The notes below the pieces were generated by a model, which worked only from the letters and a program-made list of their open reading frames with translations, did no database searches and was not told the origin of the DNA. The translations under genes were made by a program, and so were the position numbers. 25,926 nucleotides of DNA from Candidatus Diapherotrites archaeon CG10_big_fil_rev_8_21_14_0_10_31_34 (GTDB lineage: Archaea > Iainarchaeota > Iainarchaeia > Iainarchaeales > 1-14-0-10-31-34). Shown in pieces: positions 1 to 8,581 of this stretch. The stretch is from the NCBI GenBank assembly GCA_002763225.1, contig PFAI01000030.1, positions 1-25,926 on the forward strand, written 5' to 3'. How positions within the stretch are numbered: the stretch's first letter is position 1; every line of letters starts with the position of its first letter.

Positions 1-165
1 GAGTTTGGAATTCAAACCCTTAAAGGTTATTAAAATCCAATGAGTAATAAGTATAACAAAAAAAATTTGTTCTCAATACCATTTTTTCCCAATACCTAAT
101 TTTTCACTGGCAATCAGCTATGTAAAATAATTTAAAGGCTGAAAAACAGAATTTAAAGGGAAAGC

Positions 166-3100
166 ATGGAAAAAACCGAAATTTTAACTGAAACAGAAGA
201 AAATCCTTTTGTTGTAAAATTTGAACAATTTTTTGTTCAAAAATATAAAAAACAAATTGAAAGGCTTGCTTCAGTTTATCCTGAAAAAAAATCTTTGGAA
301 GTAAATTTCAAGGAACTCGAAGAATTTGATTTTGAATTAGCTGACTCTTTATTAGAGAATCCTGATTACCTGCTTGAAGCCGCTCAATTAGGAATCAAAA
401 ACATTGATGTGCCTATATTAGAAACAGAAAACTTTGAACCATTCATTAGATTTTATAATCTGCCAAAAGACAGCCAGCCATTGCTTAAAGATATTGGTGC
501 GATTCATTTAGGAAAATTAATTTCAGTTGAAGGAGTAATAAGACAGATAACAGAAGTTCTTCCAAGATTAAAAGTTGCTAAATGGGAATGCAGAAGCTGC
601 GGCAACACATACAAAATTCATCAGTCAGGCACAACTCCGCAGCAGCCTGTTTTATGTGAATGCAAAAGAAAAGATTTTAGATTACTCGCTGAATCAAGTG
701 AATTCATTGACAGCCAAAAAATTGAAATCCAGGAACCATTAGAGCATTTAAAGGGTTCAGACCAGGCAGTAAATTTAGAAGTTTATGCAACAAATGATTT
801 AGTTAATAAAGTTTCAGCCGGAGACAGAACAAGAATAACAGGAATGCTTAGATTAAGGCCTCCAAAAGAAAAAAAATTAGTGTTTACAAGATTTTTAGAT
901 GTACTTCATTTAGAGGAAACAGCAAGAGAATTTGAAGACGTGGAAATAAGCAAGGAAGAAGAAGAAAAAATAAGGGAGTTAGCAAAAAAACCTGAAATAT
1001 ATGAACTGTTAACTCAAAGCATTGCACCAGCAATTTATGGGCATGAAAGAGTAAAAGAAGCAATAGTGTTTCAGTTATTCGGAGGAGTGAAAAAAAATCT
1101 TCCCGGAAAAGCCACTATAAGAGGAAATATTCATGTTTTATTAGTTGGAGACCCAGGTGTTGCAAAATCCCAGATCTTAATGGCAGTAAATAATATTGCA
1201 CCAAAAGCAATTTATGTTGCAGGAAAAACTTCTAGTGGAGTAGGGTTATGTGTTTCCCCTGAATCAATGATTTTAAATGACAATGGATTTAAAGAAATTG
1301 GAAAATTTATTGAAGAAAGATTTGATGAAAAAAAAGCAATTGAAGAAGCTGAAGGAATTAAATACAATGAAGTCTCTATGGAAACTTTTGCATTAAACAA
1401 TTCTCTGAAAACTGAAAGAAAAAACCTTTCAAAAATCTGGAAAATCAATGCACCAGAAAAAATGACAAGAATTAAACTCCAAAGTGGGAAATTTATTGAA
1501 ATAACCCCAAACACAAAAATGCTCAGAATAAAAGAAGGAAAAGTGGAATGGATTAAATCAATGGAAATTCAGGAAAAAGACTTTGTTGCAAGTGCAAGAG
1601 AACTTCCTGAAGGATTAAACAAACCAGTTTACTCAATTGAAGTTTTAAGCAAAGATAAAAACACAAGAATAAAAGACAATGTTTCAGAGACAATGCAAAA
1701 AATAACTGACAAACTGGCTGAAAAATATGGAAGCATTCAAAAGGTTACCAAAAAATACGGATTAAGAAGAGATAATCTTTATTTTTGGCGTTCAAAAAAA
1801 CTTTACACAGGAATGCCCTTAAATTTGTTCTTTAAAATGGGATTAAACGCAGAGTTTGAAAAAGAATTTCTTTCAAAACAAGTTAAAACAGTTTTCAACA
1901 GATATGGAAAAAACATTTTAATACCTCAAGCATTGAATAACAAAAAATTATGTTATTTAGCAGGGCTTGTTTTTGGAGACGGAAGCATTTACTTGACAAA
2001 AGAAAATCAGGCAGGAATAAGATTTTATAATTCTGATAAAGAACTGTTAAAAGAATTTGACAAAATAATTTTTGAATTATTTGGATTAAAAACTGAAAAA
2101 TTAAATGAAAAAGATAAAGTGCCTGGAAGACGCATTAATTCAGTTACTGTTTGGAAACTGCTAAAAGAATTTGGGTTAAGCAACAAAAAAATTGAAAACA
2201 AATTATCTCATTTCTGCACAGAACAAAGCAATGAATTGCTTTCAAATGTTTTGAAAGGATTATATGACACTGACGGATACACTTCAAAAAGCAGTTCACC
2301 TCATGTTGGGTTAACAACAATAAGCAAAAAACTTGCTTTGACTGTCCAGTTATCCCTTTTAAAGTTTGGAATCCAGTCAAAAGTAAGAGAAAGAAAAAAA
2401 GAAGGAGTAATCGCAAAAGGAAAAAATATAACAGTAAAAAGCAATCATAACCAGTTTTATATTGAAAGCAGAGGCAAAAAAAATCTTGAATTATTTTACA
2501 AAAAAATAGGGTTTGGTCTTAAAAGAAAAAATAAATCGCTTAAAGGGATAATTGAAAAAATTCCAATAAGCAATCCAAACATTGATGTTGTTCCTGAAAT
2601 AAGTTCTCTGCTGAAAGAAATCAGAGCAACCAGAAATTATAATCCAACTCAAGAAAAATTAAAAGAATTAATTAAAAACAAAAAAAATGAATTGCTTGAA
2701 TTTTTATCAGAATCAAATGTTGTCTGGGAACAAGTTAAATCAAAAGAATTCTTTAAACCGGAATACAATTTTGTTTATGATTTTACTGTTGAAAACTCGC
2801 ATAATTTTATTGCAAATGGGATAATTGTCCACAATACGGCTTCTGCAGTAAAAGATGATTTTGGCGAAGGAGGCTGGACATTAAAAGCAGGGGCATTAGT
2901 TTTGGCTTCAGGAGGTTTAGCTAACATTGATGAATTTGATAAAATGGATAAAGAAGACAGGAGTGCAATGCATGAAGCAATGGAACAGCAAATGGTTTCA
3001 ATTGCTAAAGCAGGAATTGTAACCAGATTTAAAACTGAAACTTCAATTCTTGCCGCAGCCAATCCAAAGTTTTCAAGATTTGATCCATATGAACCATTTA

Positions 3101-3849
3101 TCAAACAAATTGATTTGCCTTCAACTTTGATTTCAAGATTTGATTTATTTTTTATGATCAGAGATGTATTAGATAAAGTTAAAGATGAAGAAATCACTGC
3201 AAGCATTCTGAAAACACATAAAGCCGGAGAAATGATGCTTCAAAAAGGAAAAAGAGGAAAAAAAGAAACAGATGAAATGGAAGAACTCAAAAAACTTATT
3301 ACTCCTGCAATTGATACTGAATTACTGAAAAAATATATTTCTTTTGCAAGACAAAAGATTTCTCCAGTGTTAAGCGCTGAAGCAATTAAAACTTTAACTG
3401 ACTTTTATTTGGGGTTAAGAGAAATGGGAAAAAAAGAAGGAAGTTATGCTGCAACCCACAGGCAATTAGAAGGATTAGTCAGATTAAGCGAGGCAAGCGC
3501 CAGAGTAAGGTTAAGTGATACAATAGAAAAAAGCGATGCAGAAAAAGCAGTAAAATTACTGAAGAATTCCTTGCAGGATGTAGTAACTGATCCTGAAACA
3601 GGCAGAATTGACATGGATATAATTAATATCGGGACAACTCACTCTAAATTGACTGCATTAAGAAATGTGCTGAATATTGTAAGACAAAAATCAAAAGAAC
3701 AGGATTTGGTTCCAATAATTGAAGTAATAGAAGAAGCAAAAACACTTGGATTAGAAAAAGAAAGAGTAAATGAAATAATTTCAGAACTAAAAAGAAAAGG
3801 CGAATTATACGAGAAAAAACACGGCTTTATTTCTCCGGTAGAAAAATAA
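166..3849 (+). CDS. mcm: Replicative helicase MCM, intein-containing (about 698 aa after splicing)
   Basis: Zn finger CRSC...CEC, Walker A GDPGVAKS, Walker B IDEFDKM, AAANP sensor, SRFD arginine finger, C-terminal winged-helix-like region. Confidence 0.97.
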   Translation: MEKTEILTETEENPFVVKFEQFFVQKYKKQIERLASVYPEKKSLEVNFKELEEFDFELADSLLENPDYLLEAAQLGIKNIDVPILETENFEPFIRFYNLPKDSQPLLKDIGAIHLGKLISVEGVIRQITEVLPRLKVAKWECRSCGNTYKIHQSGTTPQQPVLCECKRKDFRLLAESSEFIDSQKIEIQEPLEHLKGSDQAVNLEVYATNDLVNKVSAGDRTRITGMLRLRPPKEKKLVFTRFLDVLHLEETAREFEDVEISKEEEEKIRELAKKPEIYELLTQSIAPAIYGHERVKEAIVFQLFGGVKKNLPGKATIRGNIHVLLVGDPGVAKSQILMAVNNIAPKAIYVAGKTSSGVGLCVSPESMILNDNGFKEIGKFIEERFDEKKAIEEAEGIKYNEVSMETFALNNSLKTERKNLSKIWKINAPEKMTRIKLQSGKFIEITPNTKMLRIKEGKVEWIKSMEIQEKDFVASARELPEGLNKPVYSIEVLSKDKNTRIKDNVSETMQKITDKLAEKYGSIQKVTKKYGLRRDNLYFWRSKKLYTGMPLNLFFKMGLNAEFEKEFLSKQVKTVFNRYGKNILIPQALNNKKLCYLAGLVFGDGSIYLTKENQAGIRFYNSDKELLKEFDKIIFELFGLKTEKLNEKDKVPGRRINSVTVWKLLKEFGLSNKKIENKLSHFCTEQSNELLSNVLKGLYDTDGYTSKSSSPHVGLTTISKKLALTVQLSLLKFGIQSKVRERKKEGVIAKGKNITVKSNHNQFYIESRGKKNLELFYKKIGFGLKRKNKSLKGIIEKIPISNPNIDVVPEISSLLKEIRATRNYNPTQEKLKELIKNKKNELLEFLSESNVVWEQVKSKEFFKPEYNFVYDFTVENSHNFIANGIIVHNTASAVKDDFGEGGWTLKAGALVLASGGLANIDEFDKMDKEDRSAMHEAMEQQMVSIAKAGIVTRFKTETSILAAANPKFSRFDPYEPFIKQIDLPSTLISRFDLFFMIRDVLDKVKDEEITASILKTHKAGEMMLQKGKRGKKETDEMEELKKLITPAIDTELLKKYISFARQKISPVLSAEAIKTLTDFYLGLREMGKKEGSYAATHRQLEGLVRLSEASARVRLSDTIEKSDAEKAVKLLKNSLQDVVTDPETGRIDMDIINIGTTHSKLTALRNVLNIVRQKSKEQDLVPIIEVIEEAKTLGLEKERVNEIISELKRKGELYEKKHGFISPVEK
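1249..2835 (+). mobile_element. Intein (529 aa) with LAGLIDADG homing endonuclease, inserted in MCM at SSGVGL|TASA
   Basis: Begins with Cys (CVSPES), ends VYDFTVENSHNFIANGIIVHN followed by Thr+1; LAGLIDADG blocks YLAGLVFGDG and LKGLYDTDG; removal restores the MCM motif GL-TA. Confidence 0.95.
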
Positions 3850-3864
3850 AAAGATTTAAATAAA
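3849..3864 (+). promoter_or_regulatory. BRE-TATA promoter of the TA operon
   Basis: AAAAGA-TTTAAATA upstream of 3909; the same 16-mer precedes the fic gene at 24651. Confidence 0.6.
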
Positions 3865-3908
3865 CTAATACACACGAAATACATACAAAGTGCATGTGAG
3901 GGGTAGTT

Positions 3909-4163
3909 ATGGTTGATGCAAGAGTTTCCTTAAACCATTATTCAAATAAGGTTTTAGCAGTAGTTAAAGCAAAATATGAATTAAAAGACAAAAGCGAGGC
4001 ATTAAATAAATTTATTGATGCTTACGGAGAAAATGAAGTTGAAAAAGAAGTAAAAGAAAGTTATATTAAAAAAATTCTTAAAATTGAAAAAGATCATATT
4101 AAAAAATATGGGTACAGACACACCAGCATACAGGAGTTAAGAAAAGAAATCGAAGGCAAATAA
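3909..4163 (+). CDS. Putative antitoxin, DUF2683-like
   Basis: 84 aa, SD GAGGGG; motif VLAVVKAKYELKDKSEALNKFI; abuts a RelE-like gene. Confidence 0.75.
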   Translation: MVDARVSLNHYSNKVLAVVKAKYELKDKSEALNKFIDAYGENEVEKEVKESYIKKILKIEKDHIKKYGYRHTSIQELRKEIEGK

Positions 4164-4442
4164 ATGTTAAAACACGATTTTTCAGAAAAACTAAAAACAA
4201 AAATGAAAGAATTGTTTAGAAGGGATAAAAGAAGATATAATATACTACTAAAAAAAATACAACAAATATCTGACTCAGATGAATTTTCAATTGAGCATTA
4301 CAAGAATTTAAAGCATGATTTGAAAAATGAAAAAAGAGTTCACATAGATAAAAGCTTTGTTTTGACTTTCAACTACACTAAAGAAAAAAATTTTATTTTA
4401 TTTCTGGATTTTGATCATCACGACAATATCTATAAAAAATAA
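4164..4442 (+). CDS. RelE/ParE/YafQ-superfamily toxin
   Basis: 92-aa basic protein with HYKNLKHDL..KRVHIDKSFVL..DFDHHDNIY; starts immediately after the antitoxin stop. Confidence 0.8.
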   Translation: MLKHDFSEKLKTKMKELFRRDKRRYNILLKKIQQISDSDEFSIEHYKNLKHDLKNEKRVHIDKSFVLTFNYTKEKNFILFLDFDHHDNIYKK

Positions 4443-4463
4443 AGTCATACTACTAACTATTGA

Positions 4464-5303
4464 ATGAATAAAAAATTAATGCTTCAATTGATTGGATTGT
4501 TTTTGATTACTCAAATGCTTGGGTTATTTGTCGGAACAAATTTAATTGCATCAGGATTAGAAAGAGAAGGAATAGTAAACGACAATCCAGATGATCCGAT
4601 TAATTCAGTTGGATTATTTGTTTACATTCTGGGTTTTACAGGAATACTTTTAATTGTATTAAAATTCTATAAAGGAGATTTATTGTTTAAATTGCTTGAA
4701 GCAATGCTTGTTTTTTTGACTTCAGTGATTGTGTTTGGTTTTTTAATTCCAGAAGAAATAGGATTGCTTGCATTAATTCTTCCATTAGGAATAGTAATTG
4801 CAAGATTTGTTTTCAGAAAAAACATTTGGTTAAGAAATTTAGCTTCAGTTTTAGCTGCGGCAGGAGCAGGACCATTAATCGGCTACAATTTTGGAATAAT
4901 TCCTGTATCATTATTTTTGGTTATTCTTGCAGGATATGATATTATTGCAGTTTTTTATACAAAGCACATGGTTACTTTAGCTAATGCAATAGTAAAAAAA
5001 AATCTGGCTTTTACTTTTGCTTTGCCTACAACAGAACACCAGTTTGAATTAGGAACAGGAGACATGGTTATTCCATTAGTTTTTGCTGTAAGCGTTTTAG
5101 TTGAAACCACAAAAAGTTTTAGTTTTCCTTTTGCATTGATTTCACCTTTAATAGTTTTATGGGGGTCTTTAATTGGTTTATTATTAACAATTCATTATAG
5201 TTCAAAAAATGTCGGCCAGGCTCTTCCGGCATTACCTTTACAGACAATAATAATGTTTGTAATGCTTGGATTATGCACTGCAATGAAAGTATTTATTTTC
5301 TAA
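4464..5303 (+). CDS. Presenilin/signal-peptide-peptidase-like GxGD intramembrane aspartyl protease
   Basis: Many hydrophobic segments with YD (GYDIIAV), LGTGD and PALP motifs in canonical order. Confidence 0.92.
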   Translation: MNKKLMLQLIGLFLITQMLGLFVGTNLIASGLEREGIVNDNPDDPINSVGLFVYILGFTGILLIVLKFYKGDLLFKLLEAMLVFLTSVIVFGFLIPEEIGLLALILPLGIVIARFVFRKNIWLRNLASVLAAAGAGPLIGYNFGIIPVSLFLVILAGYDIIAVFYTKHMVTLANAIVKKNLAFTFALPTTEHQFELGTGDMVIPLVFAVSVLVETTKSFSFPFALISPLIVLWGSLIGLLLTIHYSSKNVGQALPALPLQTIIMFVMLGLCTAMKVFIF

Positions 5304-6562
5304 CAGTTATTTTTCTCAAATTCTTTCATTAAGCCATTATTTTCTTCTGAATAAAACTGCCTGCATAAATTGTAAATATACAATCTTCCTTCTGGCAAAA
5401 CATTAATTTTGTTTTTCTTAACTGAAATCATTTTTTCTTTAGATAAAAAAGTTATTTGTTTTTCAAAAACTTTATTTAATTCAACTCCAAATTTTTCTTT
5501 AAAAATCTCTGAATTAATTTCAAGTGAAAGCAAACCCTTAATCATAAACCTTTCCATCTGTTCTTTTTTAGTTAATTTTTTTCCTGCTTCAACTGCAAAA
5601 CCATTTTCAGCTTCTTCAAGATATTTTTCAAGATTAAGTGAATTCCTGAATTCAAAGTCATTGAAATGAGAAAAAGCCCCGCAACCTAAACCAATTACTT
5701 CTCCTGAAAGAGTTTGCTTTGCATAACTGCTTTCTTTTCCTTTTAATGCAAACTGGTCAATTAAATATCTTTTGAATCCTTTTTTTCCAAGAAGTTTATC
5801 AGACAAAAACAGCATTTCTTTTTCTTTTTCAAAAGAAGGAATTTCCCCCAAAATTTTTCTTTCCTTTAAAGCAAAAAAAACTGTTCCCGGAACAACATCC
5901 AAAGCATAAGTGGTTAAATGAGAAACCTTAAGTTTTGTTGCTTTAATTAAATCAGTTTGCCAGTCAGACAAAGTCTGTTCAGGCAAAGCATACATTAAAT
6001 CAAGATTAATACTATTAAAATAATTTTTTGCGAGATTAACTGCATTAACTGCTTTAACTGAGTCATGAGCAGTTCCAAGTTTTTTAAGAAATTTATCATT
6101 AAATGACTGTATTCCAAAACTAATTCTGTTAAATCCTGCTTTTTTCAGCTGTTTTAACTTTTGTTCATCAACACTTGAAGGATTGGCTTCAACTGTAATC
6201 TGAATGCCTTCCAAAAAAACAAAATGATTTCTGCAAAAGGAAAGAATTTCGGTTAACTGTTTTGCTGAAAGAAAAGAAGGAGTGCCTCCCCCAAAAAAAA
6301 CAGAAGAAACAGCATAATTACTCAACGCATTCTGGGAAGAAATAAATTTAATTTCTTTTTTCAAGGCAGAAACATACTGAATAATTTTTTGTTTTTTGGA
6401 AAGATATTTAGTATAAGGACAGAAAAAACACAGCCTTTCACAAAAAGGAATATGGATATATAATCCAATCCTTTTTTTTTCAAAAATTTCTTTGCCTTTA
6501 ACAGGAAAAAGAAAAGGCGGATAATTATAGAACCTGCTTTTATCTCTTTTTAGTTTAGTCAT
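5300..6562 (-). CDS. HemN-like radical SAM enzyme, function unassigned
   Basis: LYIHIPFCERLCFFC (CxxxCxxC), FFGGGTPS, EANP, RISFGIQSF, DLMYALPEQT; HemN_C-like tail; lacks HemW HNxxYW and HemN RNFQGY motifs. Confidence 0.9.
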   Translation of the reverse strand: MTKLKRDKSRFYNYPPFLFPVKGKEIFEKKRIGLYIHIPFCERLCFFCPYTKYLSKKQKIIQYVSALKKEIKFISSQNALSNYAVSSVFFGGGTPSFLSAKQLTEILSFCRNHFVFLEGIQITVEANPSSVDEQKLKQLKKAGFNRISFGIQSFNDKFLKKLGTAHDSVKAVNAVNLAKNYFNSINLDLMYALPEQTLSDWQTDLIKATKLKVSHLTTYALDVVPGTVFFALKERKILGEIPSFEKEKEMLFLSDKLLGKKGFKRYLIDQFALKGKESSYAKQTLSGEVIGLGCGAFSHFNDFEFRNSLNLEKYLEEAENGFAVEAGKKLTKKEQMERFMIKGLLSLEINSEIFKEKFGVELNKVFEKQITFLSKEKMISVKKNKINVLPEGRLYIYNLCRQFYSEENNGLMKEFEKNNC

Positions 6563-6588
6563 TTATTCCCCTGAAATAAATAGAATAA

Positions 6589-6615
6589 AAAGGAATAGAA
6601 TAAATCTAATCCTTT
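6589..6615 (-). other. Stem-loop between the peptide gene and the radical SAM gene
   Basis: AAAGGA-T-TAGA-[TTTAT]-TCTA-T-TCCTTT, 10 bp with one mismatch, followed by a T-rich run. Confidence 0.55.
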
Positions 6616-6617
6616 AT

Positions 6618-6677
6618 TCAGCCCATAAAATGGACAAAATCTGCTTTTAACTTTTTGACGACATTGTTTGGATTCAC
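6618..6677 (-). CDS. 19-aa peptide MNPNNVVKKLKADFVHFMG, candidate RiPP precursor or leader peptide
   Basis: Near-perfect SD GGAGGTG (6689-6683) 5 nt before GTG; TGA stop at 6620-6618; BRE/TATA upstream; not in the ORF track. Confidence 0.7.
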   Translation of the reverse strand: MNPNNVVKKLKADFVHFMG

Positions 6678-6728
6678 TTAAACACCTCCCTGATTCCTAG
6701 AACAAGAAAAAATATTTGTTAAACAAGT

Positions 6729-6743
6729 ATTTTAAACATTTCG
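6729..6743 (-). promoter_or_regulatory. BRE-TATA for the peptide-radical SAM transcript
   Basis: Minus strand CGAAATG-TTTAAAAT about 50 nt upstream of the peptide start. Confidence 0.5.
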
Positions 6744-6759
6744 TAAAAAAAAAGGCAAA

Positions 6760-6778
6760 TAATACGAAAAACGTATTA
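6760..6778. promoter_or_regulatory. Palindromic operator, likely Lrp/LysM-type binding site
   Basis: TAATACG-AAAAA-CGTATTA perfect 7-bp inverted repeat between divergent promoters; ACG-N5-CGT core resembles archaeal Lrp-family sites. Confidence 0.7.
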
Positions 6779-6809
6779 CCTTAAATAATTTTCGTTATAT
6801 TTTTACGTT

Positions 6810-7223
6810 ATGGATAAATTGGATTTAAAAATAATTAAAATTCTGGAAAGAAACGGAAGGGCCAGCAACACAGAAATAGCAAAAAAAACAAATGTTTCAG
6901 AAGGAACTGTGAGAAAAAGAATTCTTTTTCTGGTAAAAAAAGAAATAATTAAAAGATTTACAATTGATTTAGGGGCAAAAGGAGGTTTTACTGCTTTGAT
7001 TTTAATCAACACAGAACCAAATGTAGTTCTTTCTAAAATCATAAAAAAGATTTGTGCAAGAGAAGGGATTAGGAAAGTATCTGAAGTTGCAGGGGCTTTT
7101 GATTTAGTAGTGGAAATAAGCACCGAATCAGCAGAAAAATTCAATGCAATAATAGACTCAATCAGGACAATAACAAAAATTAAAGATACTCAAAGTTTAA
7201 TAGTGTTAAAAACAAGTTTCTAA
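6810..7223 (+). CDS. Lrp/AsnC family transcriptional regulator, LysM-like
   Basis: N-terminal HTH (GRASNTEIAKKTNVSEGTVRKRI) and C-terminal RAM domain (EVAGAFDLVV); TTAAATAA about 25 nt upstream suggests a leaderless mRNA. Confidence 0.93.
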   Translation: MDKLDLKIIKILERNGRASNTEIAKKTNVSEGTVRKRILFLVKKEIIKRFTIDLGAKGGFTALILINTEPNVVLSKIIKKICAREGIRKVSEVAGAFDLVVEISTESAEKFNAIIDSIRTITKIKDTQSLIVLKTSF

Positions 7224-7711
7224 ATCCCACCAGTAAAAAACTCAATTACTGAAACCCCAAAAAAAGCTAAAATTGAATAACGACAGAATCTTCCAATGAA
7301 TACTGCCGGATAAAATTTTTTTAAATCATATTCAAGCATTCCGGCAATAACTGAAATCAAATCAAAAAGAAATGGAATAAAAGACATTAAAACAATAAAA
7401 CCAAAACCCCATTTAGAAACTTTTTCAGACAAATCATCAATTTTGTTCAGATGTTTATGGTATTTTTCTTCCACTACACTTCTTCCCCCTCTTCCAATAA
7501 AATAGCCTGTTGACTCGCCTATTGATGCGCCTAAAGCAGCAAACAATGCAATCAAAAAAGGATTAAATATTTTTGTCGGAGCAATCAAAAGGATTATCGC
7601 ATCAATCGGCAAAGGCAGAAAAAGAGTTGCATTAGCAATCAATGAAGCCAAAAAAATTCCGATTAAACCATAAGAATTTACAAGAGATTGAAGCAACACT
7701 GAAGCATCCAT
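7220..7711 (-). CDS. DedA/VTT (SNARE-associated, YqaA-like) membrane protein
   Basis: LPLPID, ALGASIGESTGYFIGRGG, PFLFD...AG, F...FIGRFCRY motifs; start ATG 7711 or TTG 7714. Confidence 0.88.
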   Translation of the reverse strand: MDASVLLQSLVNSYGLIGIFLASLIANATLFLPLPIDAIILLIAPTKIFNPFLIALFAALGASIGESTGYFIGRGGRSVVEEKYHKHLNKIDDLSEKVSKWGFGFIVLMSFIPFLFDLISVIAGMLEYDLKKFYPAVFIGRFCRYSILAFFGVSVIEFFTGGI

Positions 7712-7784
7712 CAATAAAACCTTTAAACTAATTCACTACAATGTATTAATATACTTTTTTTATTTAAATAGTTAAGTGAACACA

Positions 7785-8189
7785 ATGGAATATGAAAAAA
7801 TGCTTGAAAGGCTTTATTTAAGCCTTCCGGAACAAACAAAAACAAAAGAAAGATTTGAAATGCCTAAAGTGGAAAGCTTTGTTCAGGGACAAAAAACAAT
7901 AATAAAAAATCATTCAGCTTTACTTAAAGCAATTAACAGAGAAGAAAAACATTTAATGAAATATTTAACTAAAGATTTGGCTGTTCCTGCAAGTATTTCA
8001 GAAGGAAGAATTATTTTAACAGGAAAGTTTTCTGAAACACAAATAAGAAATTCAATTGAAAGTTATGTAAAAGAATTTGTTTTATGCAAGGAATGCGGAA
8101 AGCCTGACACTAAATTCAAAGAAATGAAAGGAATTAAAATGCTTAAATGCGAGGCATGCGGAGCAATGACTCCAATAAAACAATTGTAG
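7785..8189 (+). CDS. eif2b: Translation initiation factor aIF-2 beta subunit
   Basis: YEKMLERLY, ERFEMP, C-terminal CKEC/CEAC zinc ribbon; ATG 7785 preferred over GTG 7776. Confidence 0.95.
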   Translation: MEYEKMLERLYLSLPEQTKTKERFEMPKVESFVQGQKTIIKNHSALLKAINREEKHLMKYLTKDLAVPASISEGRIILTGKFSETQIRNSIESYVKEFVLCKECGKPDTKFKEMKGIKMLKCEACGAMTPIKQL

Positions 8190-8200
8190 AGGGATAAACT

Positions 8201-8509
8201 ATTTTTTATAAAATTCATTCAATTCAACAGCAAAAAGTTTTAGCAGTATGCGACAAAGAATTAAGTGGAAAAATATTAGATGAAGAAATAGGTTTTAAAG
8301 TTAAACCAGAATTTTATGGAACAGAATTGATTTCAGAAGAAGAATTAAAGAAAAAAATAAAAGAAGTTAATTCAGCTAATTTTGTTGGAAAAAAATGTGT
8401 TAAAATTGCATTAAACAAAAAAATTGTTTTAAAAGAAAACATTATTAAAATAAAAGATGTTCCGCACATTCAAATTTATTTCATAGAGGTACTGGAGGAA
8501 AACAAATGA
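8201..8509 (+). CDS. DUF424 family protein (102 aa), apparent ATT start
   Basis: Frame is open upstream of the track's TTG: IFYKIH..KVLAVCDKELSGK..EFYG..ANFVGKKCV..VPHIQI; in-frame TAA at 8195; SD GAGGGA at 8189-8194. Confidence 0.85.
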   Translation: MFYKIHSIQQQKVLAVCDKELSGKILDEEIGFKVKPEFYGTELISEEELKKKIKEVNSANFVGKKCVKIALNKKIVLKENIIKIKDVPHIQIYFIEVLEENK

Positions 8510-8581
8510 ATGAACTGTTTCGTCAGTTCAGTACGATGCACGACCTTTGGTCGGGCTGCACTAGGAGGAAAACAAATGAAT
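8494..8581 (+). repeat. 18-bp direct repeat GGAGGAAAACAAATGAAT (8494-8511, 8564-8581) enclosing two hairpins
   Basis: Exact repeat with 70-nt period; hairpins TGAACTG/CAGTTCA and TGCA-CGACC/GGTCG-ggc-TGCA. Confidence 0.9.

Noticed and set aside
1..165. Replication origin upstream of mcm
   Set aside because: AT-rich but no recognisable ORB repeats, no cdc6/orc1 in view, and truncated by the window edge
5300..6562. Annotation as coproporphyrinogen dehydrogenase HemN or heme chaperone HemW
   Set aside because: Diagnostic RNFQGY and HNxxYW motifs are absent and there is no heme-pathway context
8327..8509. 60-aa ORF starting at TTG
   Set aside because: Truncates the DUF424-like domain, whose conserved motifs begin near 8201
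8510..8575. ORF-track N-terminal extension of aIF-1A (MNCFVSSVRC...)
   Set aside because: It is the translated hairpin spacer; the SD points to ATG 8576
8494..8581. Possible mini-CRISPR (repeat-spacer-repeat)
   Set aside because: The repeat is only 18 bp and is simply the SD plus start codon; no cas genes
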